Source: Candidatus Iainarchaeum sp. (GTDB lineage Archaea; Iainarchaeota; Iainarchaeia; Iainarchaeales; CSSED10-239). From it: 32,000 nucleotides of DNA. Location: positions 306,418 through 338,417 of the forward strand of contig JBBISB010000001.1 of assembly GCA_037441475.1 (NCBI GenBank), given 5' to 3'. Both the position numbers and the translations under genes were made by a program. Positions within the stretch are counted from its first letter, which is position 1. Every line of letters starts with the position of its first letter. Below are positions 23,363-31,444 of this stretch, one piece after another. The notes under the pieces were generated by a model. That model was not told where the DNA came from. It did not search any database and saw only the letters and a list, made by a program, of their open reading frames with translations.

Positions 23363-23842
23363 CTATTCATTTTTTAGTTTATCTAAAAATACAACCTTAT
23401 CAACTGTATTCTTTAAAGCTGTAGCAGATCCTTCCTCAACTAAGAAAACCATTGTGTTCTTTCCATGTTTCTTTGCTTTTAGGATTGCTGGAAGATAATC
23501 TGAATCTCTTGTAACAAAGGCAATGGTGTCAATCTCTTTATTGTGAACAATATCTGTTGCATCAACTGCCATTGCAACATCTACATCTGCAACAGTAATG
23601 ATTGTTTCAAAACCTAAGTTAACTACTGCTTCCATTAACTTATCAGTTGCATACTGATTTAGATAAACTCTTGCAACTTTTATTACTCCATCTTTTTGCA
23701 AATATCTTCTGATCTTTGATAAATCAACATTAAATTCTTTTCTTAATATATTTGGACCATCAATAAATATTGCAATATTGTTTCTTCTTGAAACTTTAGG
23801 AGATTTATTTTTATCTACAAATAAACGTAATAATTTAAACAT
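23363..23842 (-). CDS. NYN/LabA-like (PIN-like) domain protein, putative RNase
   Basis: 159 aa. IAIFIDGPNI..., ADVDVAMAVDA, IAFVTRDSDYLPAILKAKKHGK are typical of the archaeal NYN (DUF88) family. Confidence 0.7.
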   Translation of the reverse strand: MFKLLRLFVDKNKSPKVSRRNNIAIFIDGPNILRKEFNVDLSKIRRYLQKDGVIKVARVYLNQYATDKLMEAVVNLGFETIITVADVDVAMAVDATDIVHNKEIDTIAFVTRDSDYLPAILKAKKHGKNTMVFLVEEGSATALKNTVDKVVFLDKLKNE

Positions 23843-24007
23843 ACACTAACCAACATCCTTTTTTTTTACAAGCCTTATATAACCCTTACTTTCTAAAGTT
23901 TGTTTCTATGGCGAAACTATAAATATAATATATTATTTATCTATAAAATGATTTATAAACCTATCTTAAAACTAAGATATATAGAATATATTTTAAGGTA
24001 CATTTAC

Positions 24008-25075
24008 ATGAAGTTAAAGAAGCAAGTGTTTTCAAAACCATTTAATATTGTTTATGAAACTAAATATCCAAACCTGGTTATTGGTCCTGGAACTTATGAA
24101 AATAAAGAAGATGCTATTGATAACAGTCCTCAAAAATGGATAAAGAATGATGTTTTAAAGATAGAAAAAAACAGAAGTAAACAATTGTTTGCATATAAAA
24201 ACTATTCTAAGATGGATGCAAGAGTACCTTCTAAAGATATTGAAGAGATACAACATTTAATAAAAGCAGATAAAGAAACTGAAATTGAAATAAATGTAGA
24301 TTCTAAAAAAATTAACCTTACAGAAAAAATATCTGGTATAAATAATAAGGGAATGGTTTTAGAAAATATAAAAATAGTGGATAATATTAAGATTCCAAAA
24401 CCAATAGATAAACTTACAAGCGATACTCAACTTAAGGCAAAAGATGCAATTATTGAGTATTATAATAAAACAGAAGATGTTTATAAGATAGAACAACTTC
24501 TTTCAATGGGGCTTTTAGGTCTTAAAAAAGACCGTATATTTGTGCCCACAAGATGGTCAATCACATCTATTGATGATGTTTTAGGAAAAGAGATTTTTTT
24601 AAAGATTAAAAATAATAAAACCATAGATAGGATTAAGATGCATAAATATGATTTTTATGAAAATACTTTTTATGTTATTTTCTTGCCTCTTGCATGGGGT
24701 TTTGAAATGATAGAGATTGTAAATAAAGAAGTGGTTTCTTATGATTTTGAGATTAACGAACCTAAAAAAGACTATGCCTATCAAGTAACAGGAGCATACT
24801 ATGCGGCAAGACTAATGGCTTTAAATCACTTGCAAGAAATAGGGGTTTGTGCAAGAGTAATTGTTTTAAGAGATATTAATCAAAGCTATACTTCCAAAGG
24901 AGTGTGGGTTATAAGAGAGGCTGTAAGAGAAGCTATAAAGAAAGAAGAAATTGTTTTTGAAGATGTAAATAAATTAATCCCATATATTTCTGATACCCTA
25001 TGCTTTAGATGGATAATGCAGAAGTCAGAGATATTAAAGCAGATTAAATATCAAAAAAGAATATTTGATTTTTAG
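24008..25075 (+). CDS. Nre-family (DUF650/DUF651-like) putative DNA repair protein with PIP-box-like C-terminus
   Basis: YPNLVIGPG and RIFVPTRWSITSIDD match my recollection of Nre motifs. The C-terminus is QKRIFDF*. The ORF-track start at 23900 is TTG with an implausible N-terminus. The ATG at 24008 (MKLKKQVFSKPF...) is preferred. Confidence 0.45.
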   Translation: MKLKKQVFSKPFNIVYETKYPNLVIGPGTYENKEDAIDNSPQKWIKNDVLKIEKNRSKQLFAYKNYSKMDARVPSKDIEEIQHLIKADKETEIEINVDSKKINLTEKISGINNKGMVLENIKIVDNIKIPKPIDKLTSDTQLKAKDAIIEYYNKTEDVYKIEQLLSMGLLGLKKDRIFVPTRWSITSIDDVLGKEIFLKIKNNKTIDRIKMHKYDFYENTFYVIFLPLAWGFEMIEIVNKEVVSYDFEINEPKKDYAYQVTGAYYAARLMALNHLQEIGVCARVIVLRDINQSYTSKGVWVIREAVREAIKKEEIVFEDVNKLIPYISDTLCFRWIMQKSEILKQIKYQKRIFDF

Positions 25076-25917
25076 AATAAATAATTCCAAACATAACTTA
25101 TGGTTATAACCATCCAAGAAATTATAAAAAATAAAAATAAATAAAGTTTTTTAAAATTTGGGAAAAAATACAAAATAAAAATAATAAAAAAATTTACATA
25201 AAAAAGATATTTAAAAACAGAATTAATTTTTAAAAATAATAAAGGCAAATTAAATAAAATACAAATTAAGTAAACTATATTCTTATTACTTATTTTTGTT
25301 GCGGTAGTCTTGTGATTTGAAGATTTATCTGAAACAACATCTAATTGTGCAGCAATCAAATGATAAGAACTAATAGATAAAGCTATTAAATAAACTTCTA
25401 AAGGTAATGTGAATATATTATTATAAATAGAATAAATTAACAAAAAAGTGAATAAGGCAATAAAACCATTAGATAAAGAGTCTAATAAATAAACTTCTTT
25501 AAACCTTAAGGGTTTTGCAGAATAAAAATAAATTAGGAAAAATAAAATAATAATAATTAGCATTGTCTGAATATTGTAAAATAGAAAGGTAAATATAAAT
25601 AAGAATAAAAAGATTATAAAATTATACAAATAAATAGAAAAAGAATATTGTTTAATATTTGAGATGAATCTTCCATATAAAATATTTTTTTTTCTAACAT
25701 TAATTTTATCTGAATCATAGTCATAAAGATCATTTATAGAAAACATAAAAAAAGGAATTAAAAAGGTTAAAAATAAAATAAAAATGACGTCTATAAAATT
25801 AATTAAAACTAAAGAATTGGTTGAAAAAAATAAAGCACAAATAAGACAAAGAAAAATTAAAGGAAAAAGAATTGGTCTTGAAATAATTATAAACTGCTTT
25901 AAGGAAATCAATCTCAT
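25072..25917 (-). CDS. UbiA-family prenyltransferase / polyprenyl-phosphate transferase
   Basis: 281 aa, about 8 TM. First Asp-rich motif NDLYDYDSDKIN, second motif QLDVVSDKSSNHKTTATK. Confidence 0.7.
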   Translation of the reverse strand: MRLISLKQFIIISRPILFPLIFLCLICALFFSTNSLVLINFIDVIFILFLTFLIPFFMFSINDLYDYDSDKINVRKKNILYGRFISNIKQYSFSIYLYNFIIFLFLFIFTFLFYNIQTMLIIIILFFLIYFYSAKPLRFKEVYLLDSLSNGFIALFTFLLIYSIYNNIFTLPLEVYLIALSISSYHLIAAQLDVVSDKSSNHKTTATKISNKNIVYLICILFNLPLLFLKINSVFKYLFYVNFFIIFILYFFPNFKKLYLFLFFIISWMVITISYVWNYLF

Positions 25918-25927
25918 TTAGACCATC

Positions 25928-26956
25928 CTAAACATAGACAATAAAAAATAAAACTAAAGAGATTAAAGAAATTACTCCTTGGATAATATAGAAAGTAAAA
26001 ACTAATTTTTTTTCAGTAAACTTTCCTTTACTTAAGATAAAGTGAGTTAAAGAACCACCTTTAGGGTTTGCATCAAGTATGCCGTTCTTTTTAATAACTC
26101 CAAAACACTCTGTCTTAAACTTATGTTTTGCTTTTATAACAAACTCAATAATGAATAATATAATAACAAAAGCAACTAATAACTCTAAGCCTAAAACAAT
26201 TGCTGATATACCTACTAAAGCACCATTTGTTAGGGTTAAAATATCTCCAGGAAATATCTTTGCAGGAAATTTATTAAACCTTAAGAAACCTAATAAAGCA
26301 CCAATCCAGGCAAACAAGATTATTAATAAAGTATAGTTTCCACTCATTAAAGAAAATATTGAAAGTGTTAAAAAAATAATAATCCCCATTCCTGCTTCAA
26401 GACCATTAAACCCAGCTAAAAGATTTAAAGCATTTGAAGTTGCTGTTAAAGCAATTGGGATTAAAATAAAGGCATAGATAAGTCCAACATTTAAAACACC
26501 TATTAAAGGAATGTAAATAGAAGTTATATCATATATTAAAGCATAGATAACCATTGGTATTGAAAAGAAAATTGGGTATAGGAAATGTTGAATCTGGCTG
26601 ATTCCTTTTTTCCAACCTAATATATCATCAATAAAGCCTACAAAGAAGATTAAGAATAAAACTATTAATATTAAACTAAAAGGAATAATATCTATCATTG
26701 AAAAGTTTAAATTAAAGATAATAATTAATATGAAGTTTAATAAAAATACAAATAAAACAGACAAAATAAAACTTAAGAAAACAGGAATACCCCCAAGCTC
26801 ACAAACCAAGGGCTTACTGTATTTATTCATGTCTTTTCCTTGAAAGGATGTTTTTGAGATTATTCTTATAAAGATTTGAACTAAGAATAATGCTAAGAAT
26901 AAAGAAAAAACAAAAGACAAAGATAATAAAATAAAATAAATCAATAATGGGTCCAT
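25928..26956 (-). CDS. aglH: glycosyltransferase family 4 polyprenyl-phosphate HexNAc-1-phosphate transferase (AglH/WecA/GPT-like)
   Basis: 342 aa polytopic. FVGFIDDILG and SNALNLLAGFNGLEAG motifs of the MraY/WecA superfamily. Confidence 0.8.
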   Translation of the reverse strand: MDPLLIYFILLSLSFVFSLFLALFLVQIFIRIISKTSFQGKDMNKYSKPLVCELGGIPVFLSFILSVLFVFLLNFILIIIFNLNFSMIDIIPFSLILIVLFLIFFVGFIDDILGWKKGISQIQHFLYPIFFSIPMVIYALIYDITSIYIPLIGVLNVGLIYAFILIPIALTATSNALNLLAGFNGLEAGMGIIIFLTLSIFSLMSGNYTLLIILFAWIGALLGFLRFNKFPAKIFPGDILTLTNGALVGISAIVLGLELLVAFVIILFIIEFVIKAKHKFKTECFGVIKKNGILDANPKGGSLTHFILSKGKFTEKKLVFTFYIIQGVISLISLVLFFIVYV

Positions 26957-26963
26957 AAATTAA

Positions 26964-28907
26964 TCACTCTTTTAAGTATTCTTTATTTACTTGGTATATT
27001 CTTACATTTCCATTTTCATAAACTTTAGAAAATATTTTTTTATATTCTTCTTCTCCAAACCATATTTTTGAAAATGCAGAGTTGTTTGCAGGTGTGTTAA
27101 GATAAATAATCTTTGAGCTATCTGGCAGACGATATATGAATATAGGGATACCGTTAATAACATCTATTGGTTTATCTGTCCAGGTTGTTGGAATTTTTTT
27201 CATATTCTCTTCTGGCAAAATATTTTCTCCACACTTGTATGCAAGCCTTCCATCACCTACAGAGCCAGGGTAACAATCTACAAAAAAGGAAATGTATCTT
27301 GTAATTCTTGGGTCTTGATAGTTAATGGTTAAGAAACCATAGGAACCAAAGGAAGAGTATCTGTTAAAGTAACCATTTTCAGCTATAAAGTAATCTGTAT
27401 CATACTTAAGCATGGTTTCTTTTGTAACATTTAAGTCTTCATTTAAAATAAATATACCAAAGTCACTATTTGCTTCCATCTTTGAATTGGTGTTATCTGA
27501 ACTTGCCTTCCTTTCTGTAAAGTAAGTTATCCAGTGACCATAATCCCACCAATTGAATATCTTTGCATATTCTGGAGTGTTTTCAGATATCCAAAAGATT
27601 GATTCTCTCCAATCTGTTTTTTCAACAATATGTGGTACTTTAGTGTATACTTCATGTGTTCCTACTGCAATTGAGGATAATAGAAGTAAACCTATAAATA
27701 TTGCAAAAAACCTTTGTGCAAAAACACTTTTATTTTTAGAAATCCATTCATCTAAAATGAAGAATAAAAATCCTGTTGCAACAGCTATCGGTATTCCAAA
27801 ATAAAAGGTAAACTTTAATTTTGACCAAGCCATAAGTAAAGTTATTAATATCCAAAAGAAAAGTATTAAGGTTAATGGGTCTTTTCTTTTTGAGAAAAGT
27901 AAATAAAATGGCATTAACAAAAGCACAACAAAAGGAACCCATATCAAGAAACTATACTTGTATAAAAAGAATTTTTTACCAGCATTCTCTTCACCAACTG
28001 AAACTGCTAAGACATCTGTCTCTGCAACTTGTGCAGTATTATTTAATTTATCTATATTTCCTTTTGTTATTGGTATATTATAAACAACATAGCTTGTGGT
28101 TGTCTTAAACCAGCCTGGTTGAGCAATGGTTGCAAGAACTGCAAACACAACTAAGGATATTATTACTGTTTTTGCAAACAAAGCAATGTCCTTGTTTGAA
28201 TAATTTTTATATGCCATATAAAATAGATTTGCAATAAAGTAGGCGCCAACTATTAATGGAACTAATAAAAAGGCAGACCAGGTAAAGGACATAAGCCCAA
28301 AGAAAACACCAGATATAACAGCATATGTTAAATGTTTTTTGTAATTATGAATATTTTTCACAGCTTTTACTAAGAAGATAAAACCTATAATCAACCATAA
28401 GAAACCCAAGGCATCCTCTTCAAAGAAACCAGCCATGGTTCTGTAAACAAAAGCAGGTATTGTTGCAGTAACAATTGCCATTACAAAACCAACCTTTCGA
28501 TTGTATATTTCTTTTCCTAAAAAATACATGGCAACAGTTATTAAGGCACCAAATATTGCTGGAAGAAACCTTGCAAACTCCATTAAAAGTTGTTTGTTAA
28601 AGGGTGCACCTAAGGTAAAGAGAATATATAAAAATGATGTAAAGTACCATACAAAGGGAGGCCAACTAGTTAAAGGAGTTCCTCCTTGAGCATAAAAGCC
28701 TAAAGGGTCATAATCAGGTAAGTCTCCTTGAAGAACATACCCAGTCATCCTTAAGTGCCAATATGTATCAAACTCAAACATATTGTCATACTTTAAAAGA
28801 TGTCCTCTAACAGCAAAGGCCATAACAAAAATAAGAATAATAAGCATTAACCTTTTGTGTTTAGTAAAAAATTTTTCAAAACCACTTTCTGTATTACTAT
28901 CAATCAT
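26964..28907 (-). CDS. aglB: archaeal oligosaccharyltransferase AglB (STT3 family)
   Basis: 647 aa. Multi-TM N-terminal domain. Catalytic WWDYGHW motif (IFNWWDYGHWITYF). Confidence 0.9.
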   Translation of the reverse strand: MIDSNTESGFEKFFTKHKRLMLIILIFVMAFAVRGHLLKYDNMFEFDTYWHLRMTGYVLQGDLPDYDPLGFYAQGGTPLTSWPPFVWYFTSFLYILFTLGAPFNKQLLMEFARFLPAIFGALITVAMYFLGKEIYNRKVGFVMAIVTATIPAFVYRTMAGFFEEDALGFLWLIIGFIFLVKAVKNIHNYKKHLTYAVISGVFFGLMSFTWSAFLLVPLIVGAYFIANLFYMAYKNYSNKDIALFAKTVIISLVVFAVLATIAQPGWFKTTTSYVVYNIPITKGNIDKLNNTAQVAETDVLAVSVGEENAGKKFFLYKYSFLIWVPFVVLLLMPFYLLFSKRKDPLTLILFFWILITLLMAWSKLKFTFYFGIPIAVATGFLFFILDEWISKNKSVFAQRFFAIFIGLLLLSSIAVGTHEVYTKVPHIVEKTDWRESIFWISENTPEYAKIFNWWDYGHWITYFTERKASSDNTNSKMEANSDFGIFILNEDLNVTKETMLKYDTDYFIAENGYFNRYSSFGSYGFLTINYQDPRITRYISFFVDCYPGSVGDGRLAYKCGENILPEENMKKIPTTWTDKPIDVINGIPIFIYRLPDSSKIIYLNTPANNSAFSKIWFGEEEYKKIFSKVYENGNVRIYQVNKEYLKE

Positions 28908-29077
28908 TTTTAATTTCCCTATCTAAATTTATAAATTATATTATATATATGTAGGGAAATATATTAAAAGTTATTTAATTTTAAAAAACTAGAAAATTTA
29001 TTAAAATATATCTAAACAGCGATTAAATTATATTTTTAGTTTGTAAAAAATTGAATTATTTATTTTAAAAAAGATTT

Positions 29078-29131
29078 TTATATTACAAAGAAAAATAATT
29101 TTAATTATATTACAAAGAAAAATAATTTTAA
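29078..29131. repeat. perfect tandem duplication, 2 x 27 bp (TTATATTACAAAGAAAAATAATTTTAA)
   Basis: 29078-29104 is identical to 29105-29131. Lies in the spacer between the 5S rRNA 3' end and the AglB start. Confidence 0.9.
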
Positions 29132-29212
29132 CTGTAGAAAAAAGTTACTTTAAAAAAAATAGCTTTTAATAATTCTTTTTTATAAAATATTTAAAAAAAA
29201 GAAAGTATATAA

Positions 29213-29330
29213 TGTTAGCAGCTTAAATGACGCAGCTAGCGTGAACTAACAACATACAAAAACGGCAATAGACTTAACTTCTGGGTTCGGAAAGGGTCCA
29301 GGTGTTTCTCCATTCCTATGGCCGCTAACA
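29213..29330 (-). rRNA. rrf: 5S ribosomal RNA
   Basis: The minus strand reads UGUUAGCGGCCAUAGGAAUGGAGAAACACCUGGACCCUUUCCGAACCCAGAAGUUAAGUC...GCUGCUAACA. Conserved CCGAACCCAGAAGUUAAG core. 5'/3' ends pair (GUUAGCGGC / GCUGCUAAC). GC-rich island, followed by T-runs. Confidence 0.85.
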
Positions 29331-29351
29331 TAAATAATATGTATGGCAAGG

Positions 29352-29359
29352 TTTATAAA
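29352..29359 (-). promoter_or_regulatory. TATA box (TTTATAAA) of the 5S rRNA gene
   Basis: Ends 21 nt upstream of the inferred 5S 5' end. Preceded by A-rich BRE-like sequence. Confidence 0.45.
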
Positions 29360-29384
29360 TAGATCTTTTTAACCTAAAAAGACC

Positions 29385-29990
29385 TTATTTCTTCTTAACA
29401 ACCTTCTTTGCAGGTTTCTTTACAGAAGTATCATCTAATGATTCTTCAAGCTCTGAGTTGTTGTCTGAAAGTAATTTTCTTACAACAGTAATACTCTTCT
29501 TAATATCAGCTTCAGACTTTGCACCAGCACAAATCATCTTTCCATTCTTGAAAAGAAGGATTGTTACCTTAGGGTTATGAATTCTTATGATTGCTCCAGG
29601 GAATTGTTCTGGTTCATACTCAATATCATCTAAAGTTACTGCTGCTTGGAAAAGATCAACTGGCCTATTAAGGTTTGAAGTTGCAACTAAATTTACAATA
29701 TTGTACTCAACTGTCTTCTTTATCTTAACTTCCTTTTGAATCTCGTTTATTAGTTTTGTTGCTTTTTTAATACCTGCAACAATATCCTCTTCTGTTGATG
29801 CTCCTGAGATTATTAATTTTCCATTCTTGAAAAGCAATAAAGTTACCTTTGGTTCTTTTAATTTAAAGATTGCACCAGGGAATTGTTCTGGTTCATACTC
29901 TACATCTGGTATTGCGGCTGCAAGATTATAAAGATCTAAAGTTGTTTCTAGATTTGAAGATGCTACTAAATTTTGAATTTTATATGTCAT
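29385..29990 (-). CDS. tbp: TATA-box binding protein (TBP)
   Basis: Two direct repeats: IQNLVASSNL...YEPEQFPGAIFKL..PKVTLLLFKNGKLIISGA and IVNLVATSNL...YEPEQFPGAIIRI..PKVTILLFKNGKMICAGA. Start moved to the ATG at 29990 (MTYKIQNLVAS). Lys-rich C-terminal tail. Confidence 0.9.
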   Translation of the reverse strand: MTYKIQNLVASSNLETTLDLYNLAAAIPDVEYEPEQFPGAIFKLKEPKVTLLLFKNGKLIISGASTEEDIVAGIKKATKLINEIQKEVKIKKTVEYNIVNLVATSNLNRPVDLFQAAVTLDDIEYEPEQFPGAIIRIHNPKVTILLFKNGKMICAGAKSEADIKKSITVVRKLLSDNNSELEESLDDTSVKKPAKKVVKKK

Positions 29991-30240
29991 AAAATTATCA
30001 CCTGTTTTATATGTATTAAATCTACATATATAGTGTAACAAAACATTTAAAAAGGGGTTTTTAAAAGAATATAAAGAAAAGTTGTTTTATACAAAACATC
30101 CTTTTAAGAATCTATTTTAAAACATATCTGTTCTATTAATATATATAATTTAACACTATAGATTTTGGTATTTATTAGTATAGACACTAATTTTAGTTAT
30201 TTCAAAATCTTTATATAAAATATAAAAAAGGTAATTAAAT

Positions 30241-30573
30241 ATGTCAGGTAAAAAAGCAAAAGGAAAAAGAGCAAAAACAAGAAGTTTAATGAGAAGAAAC
30301 GTTAGAGCAAAGACAACAGTTAATGAAATATTAAAACCAGTTGCTGTTGGAGATACTGTTCAAGTAAATATTAATAGTTCAAAACACGGTGGACTTCCTC
30401 ATAAAAGAATGCAAGGTAAGACTGGAACTGTTGTAAGATTCCAAGGAAAAGCACCTGTTTTAGAAGTTTATGACGGAAACTTAAAGAAAACAGTTATTAC
30501 AGAAAGAGTTCATTTAAAACCAATTAAGAACATACCTAAAACAAAAATACCTGTTAAAAAGGTGAAAAAATGA
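30241..30573 (+). CDS. rpl21e: 50S ribosomal protein L21e
   Basis: 110 aa. GDTVQVNINSSKHGGLPHKRMQGKTGTVV is the L21e signature. Confidence 0.9.
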   Translation: MSGKKAKGKRAKTRSLMRRNVRAKTTVNEILKPVAVGDTVQVNINSSKHGGLPHKRMQGKTGTVVRFQGKAPVLEVYDGNLKKTVITERVHLKPIKNIPKTKIPVKKVKK

Positions 30574-30893
30574 ATTATAAGTATGTTGAAGATGTAACTT
30601 TAAATGAAGTTAAAAAAACTTTAACTGAAAGAGCAAAAGAAAAAGAACTTAACTTTGAACAAAAGCATGCTTTAGAACATGCAAAATTGTTTGCAAGCCT
30701 TACACCTGCAACTGCAGAGAAACTTAAAAAAAGTTTAATGGACATTGATATTTCAGATGAACTTGCAACTAAGATAGTTGATATTGTTCCTAATGCTCTT
30801 GAATTAAATTTAATTTTAGAGAAAGAAAAAGATGTTGATGAAGAAAAGAAACAAGAAATCTTAGACATCTTAAAAAAGTATAATAAAGAGTGA
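30570..30893 (+). CDS. rpoF: DNA-directed RNA polymerase subunit F (Rpo4/RpoF)
   Basis: 107 aa, helical, Rpb4-like pattern (TLNEVKKTL...ALEHAKLFA.L....A.KL...L). ATGA overlap with L21e. Conserved archaeal order L21e-RpoF-DUF655-KsgA. Confidence 0.7.
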   Translation: MNYKYVEDVTLNEVKKTLTERAKEKELNFEQKHALEHAKLFASLTPATAEKLKKSLMDIDISDELATKIVDIVPNALELNLILEKEKDVDEEKKQEILDILKKYNKE

Positions 30894-30903
30894 TATTTTT
30901 AAT

Positions 30904-31428
30904 ATGATAAAAAAAGAAGCAATAGTTTTAGACAAACTTAAAAAAGATATTAAGTTTAAGCAAACAGAGGTAATCCACTGTATCGGTATCTCTAACTTCT
31001 CTTTACTTGAGATTGTCACAGACATGCCTTCTAAACATCAAGATAAAATATCAACAGATGATTTAATGGTAAGAAGAATAACTTACAATAGATTATCAAA
31101 CGAAGGAAAAAAAGAACTTGAAAAAGCAGTTGAAACAATTGTTCTTGAAAATCCTTCAAAATTTATTAATTTTTTTAATACAGCAAAACCTATTGGACTT
31201 AGAAGACATCAGTTAGATCTTTTGCCAATGATAGGTGTAAAGCATAGAATGGCAATCATCGAACATTTAAAGAAAAAAGGTAAGTTTACTTCTTTTGAAG
31301 ATATTAGAAACATAGAAATGATGCCTGATCCAGTTAAAGTAGTTGTAAATAGAGTTGTTGATGAGATTATGGGTGGACCAGAAATTAAGTTTAACTTATT
31401 TACAATGCCTTTTTTAATAAAAAAATAA
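30904..31428 (+). CDS. DUF655-family putative RNA-binding protein (HhH-containing)
   Basis: 174 aa. FINFFNTAKPIGLRRHQLDLLPMIGVKHRMAIIEHLKKKGKFTSFEDI is typical of DUF655. Conserved neighbourhood. Confidence 0.65.
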   Translation: MIKKEAIVLDKLKKDIKFKQTEVIHCIGISNFSLLEIVTDMPSKHQDKISTDDLMVRRITYNRLSNEGKKELEKAVETIVLENPSKFINFFNTAKPIGLRRHQLDLLPMIGVKHRMAIIEHLKKKGKFTSFEDIRNIEMMPDPVKVVVNRVVDEIMGGPEIKFNLFTMPFLIKK

Positions 31429-31444
31429 AGAGTAGACTTTATTT

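Noticed and set aside
23900-24007. TTG-initiated 36-codon N-terminal extension of the Nre-like ORF (MFLWRNYKYNILFIYKMIYKP...)
   Set aside because: It has a non-ATG start, its sequence reads like AT-rich promoter DNA (it contains TATA-like runs), and a clean ATG exists at 24008.
24599-24784. Minus-strand 61-aa ORF inside the Nre-like gene
   Set aside because: Shadow ORF with an I/F/N-rich translation.
26079-28689. Plus- and minus-strand short ORFs (26079..26336, 27553..27804, 27748..27942, 27875..28108, 28501..28689) within the AglH and AglB genes
   Set aside because: All overlap genes that carry diagnostic catalytic motifs, and none has independent support.
29991-30041. 17-codon N-terminal extension of TBP (MLHYICRFNTYKTGDNF)
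   Set aside because: TBP repeat 1 begins right after the ATG at 29990. The extension is not typical of TBP and overlaps likely promoter sequence.
30575-30868. Minus-strand 97-aa ORF antisense to rpoF
   Set aside because: The plus-strand RpoF fits the conserved L21e-RpoF-DUF655-KsgA order and overlaps L21e by ATGA. The antisense translation is S/F-rich.
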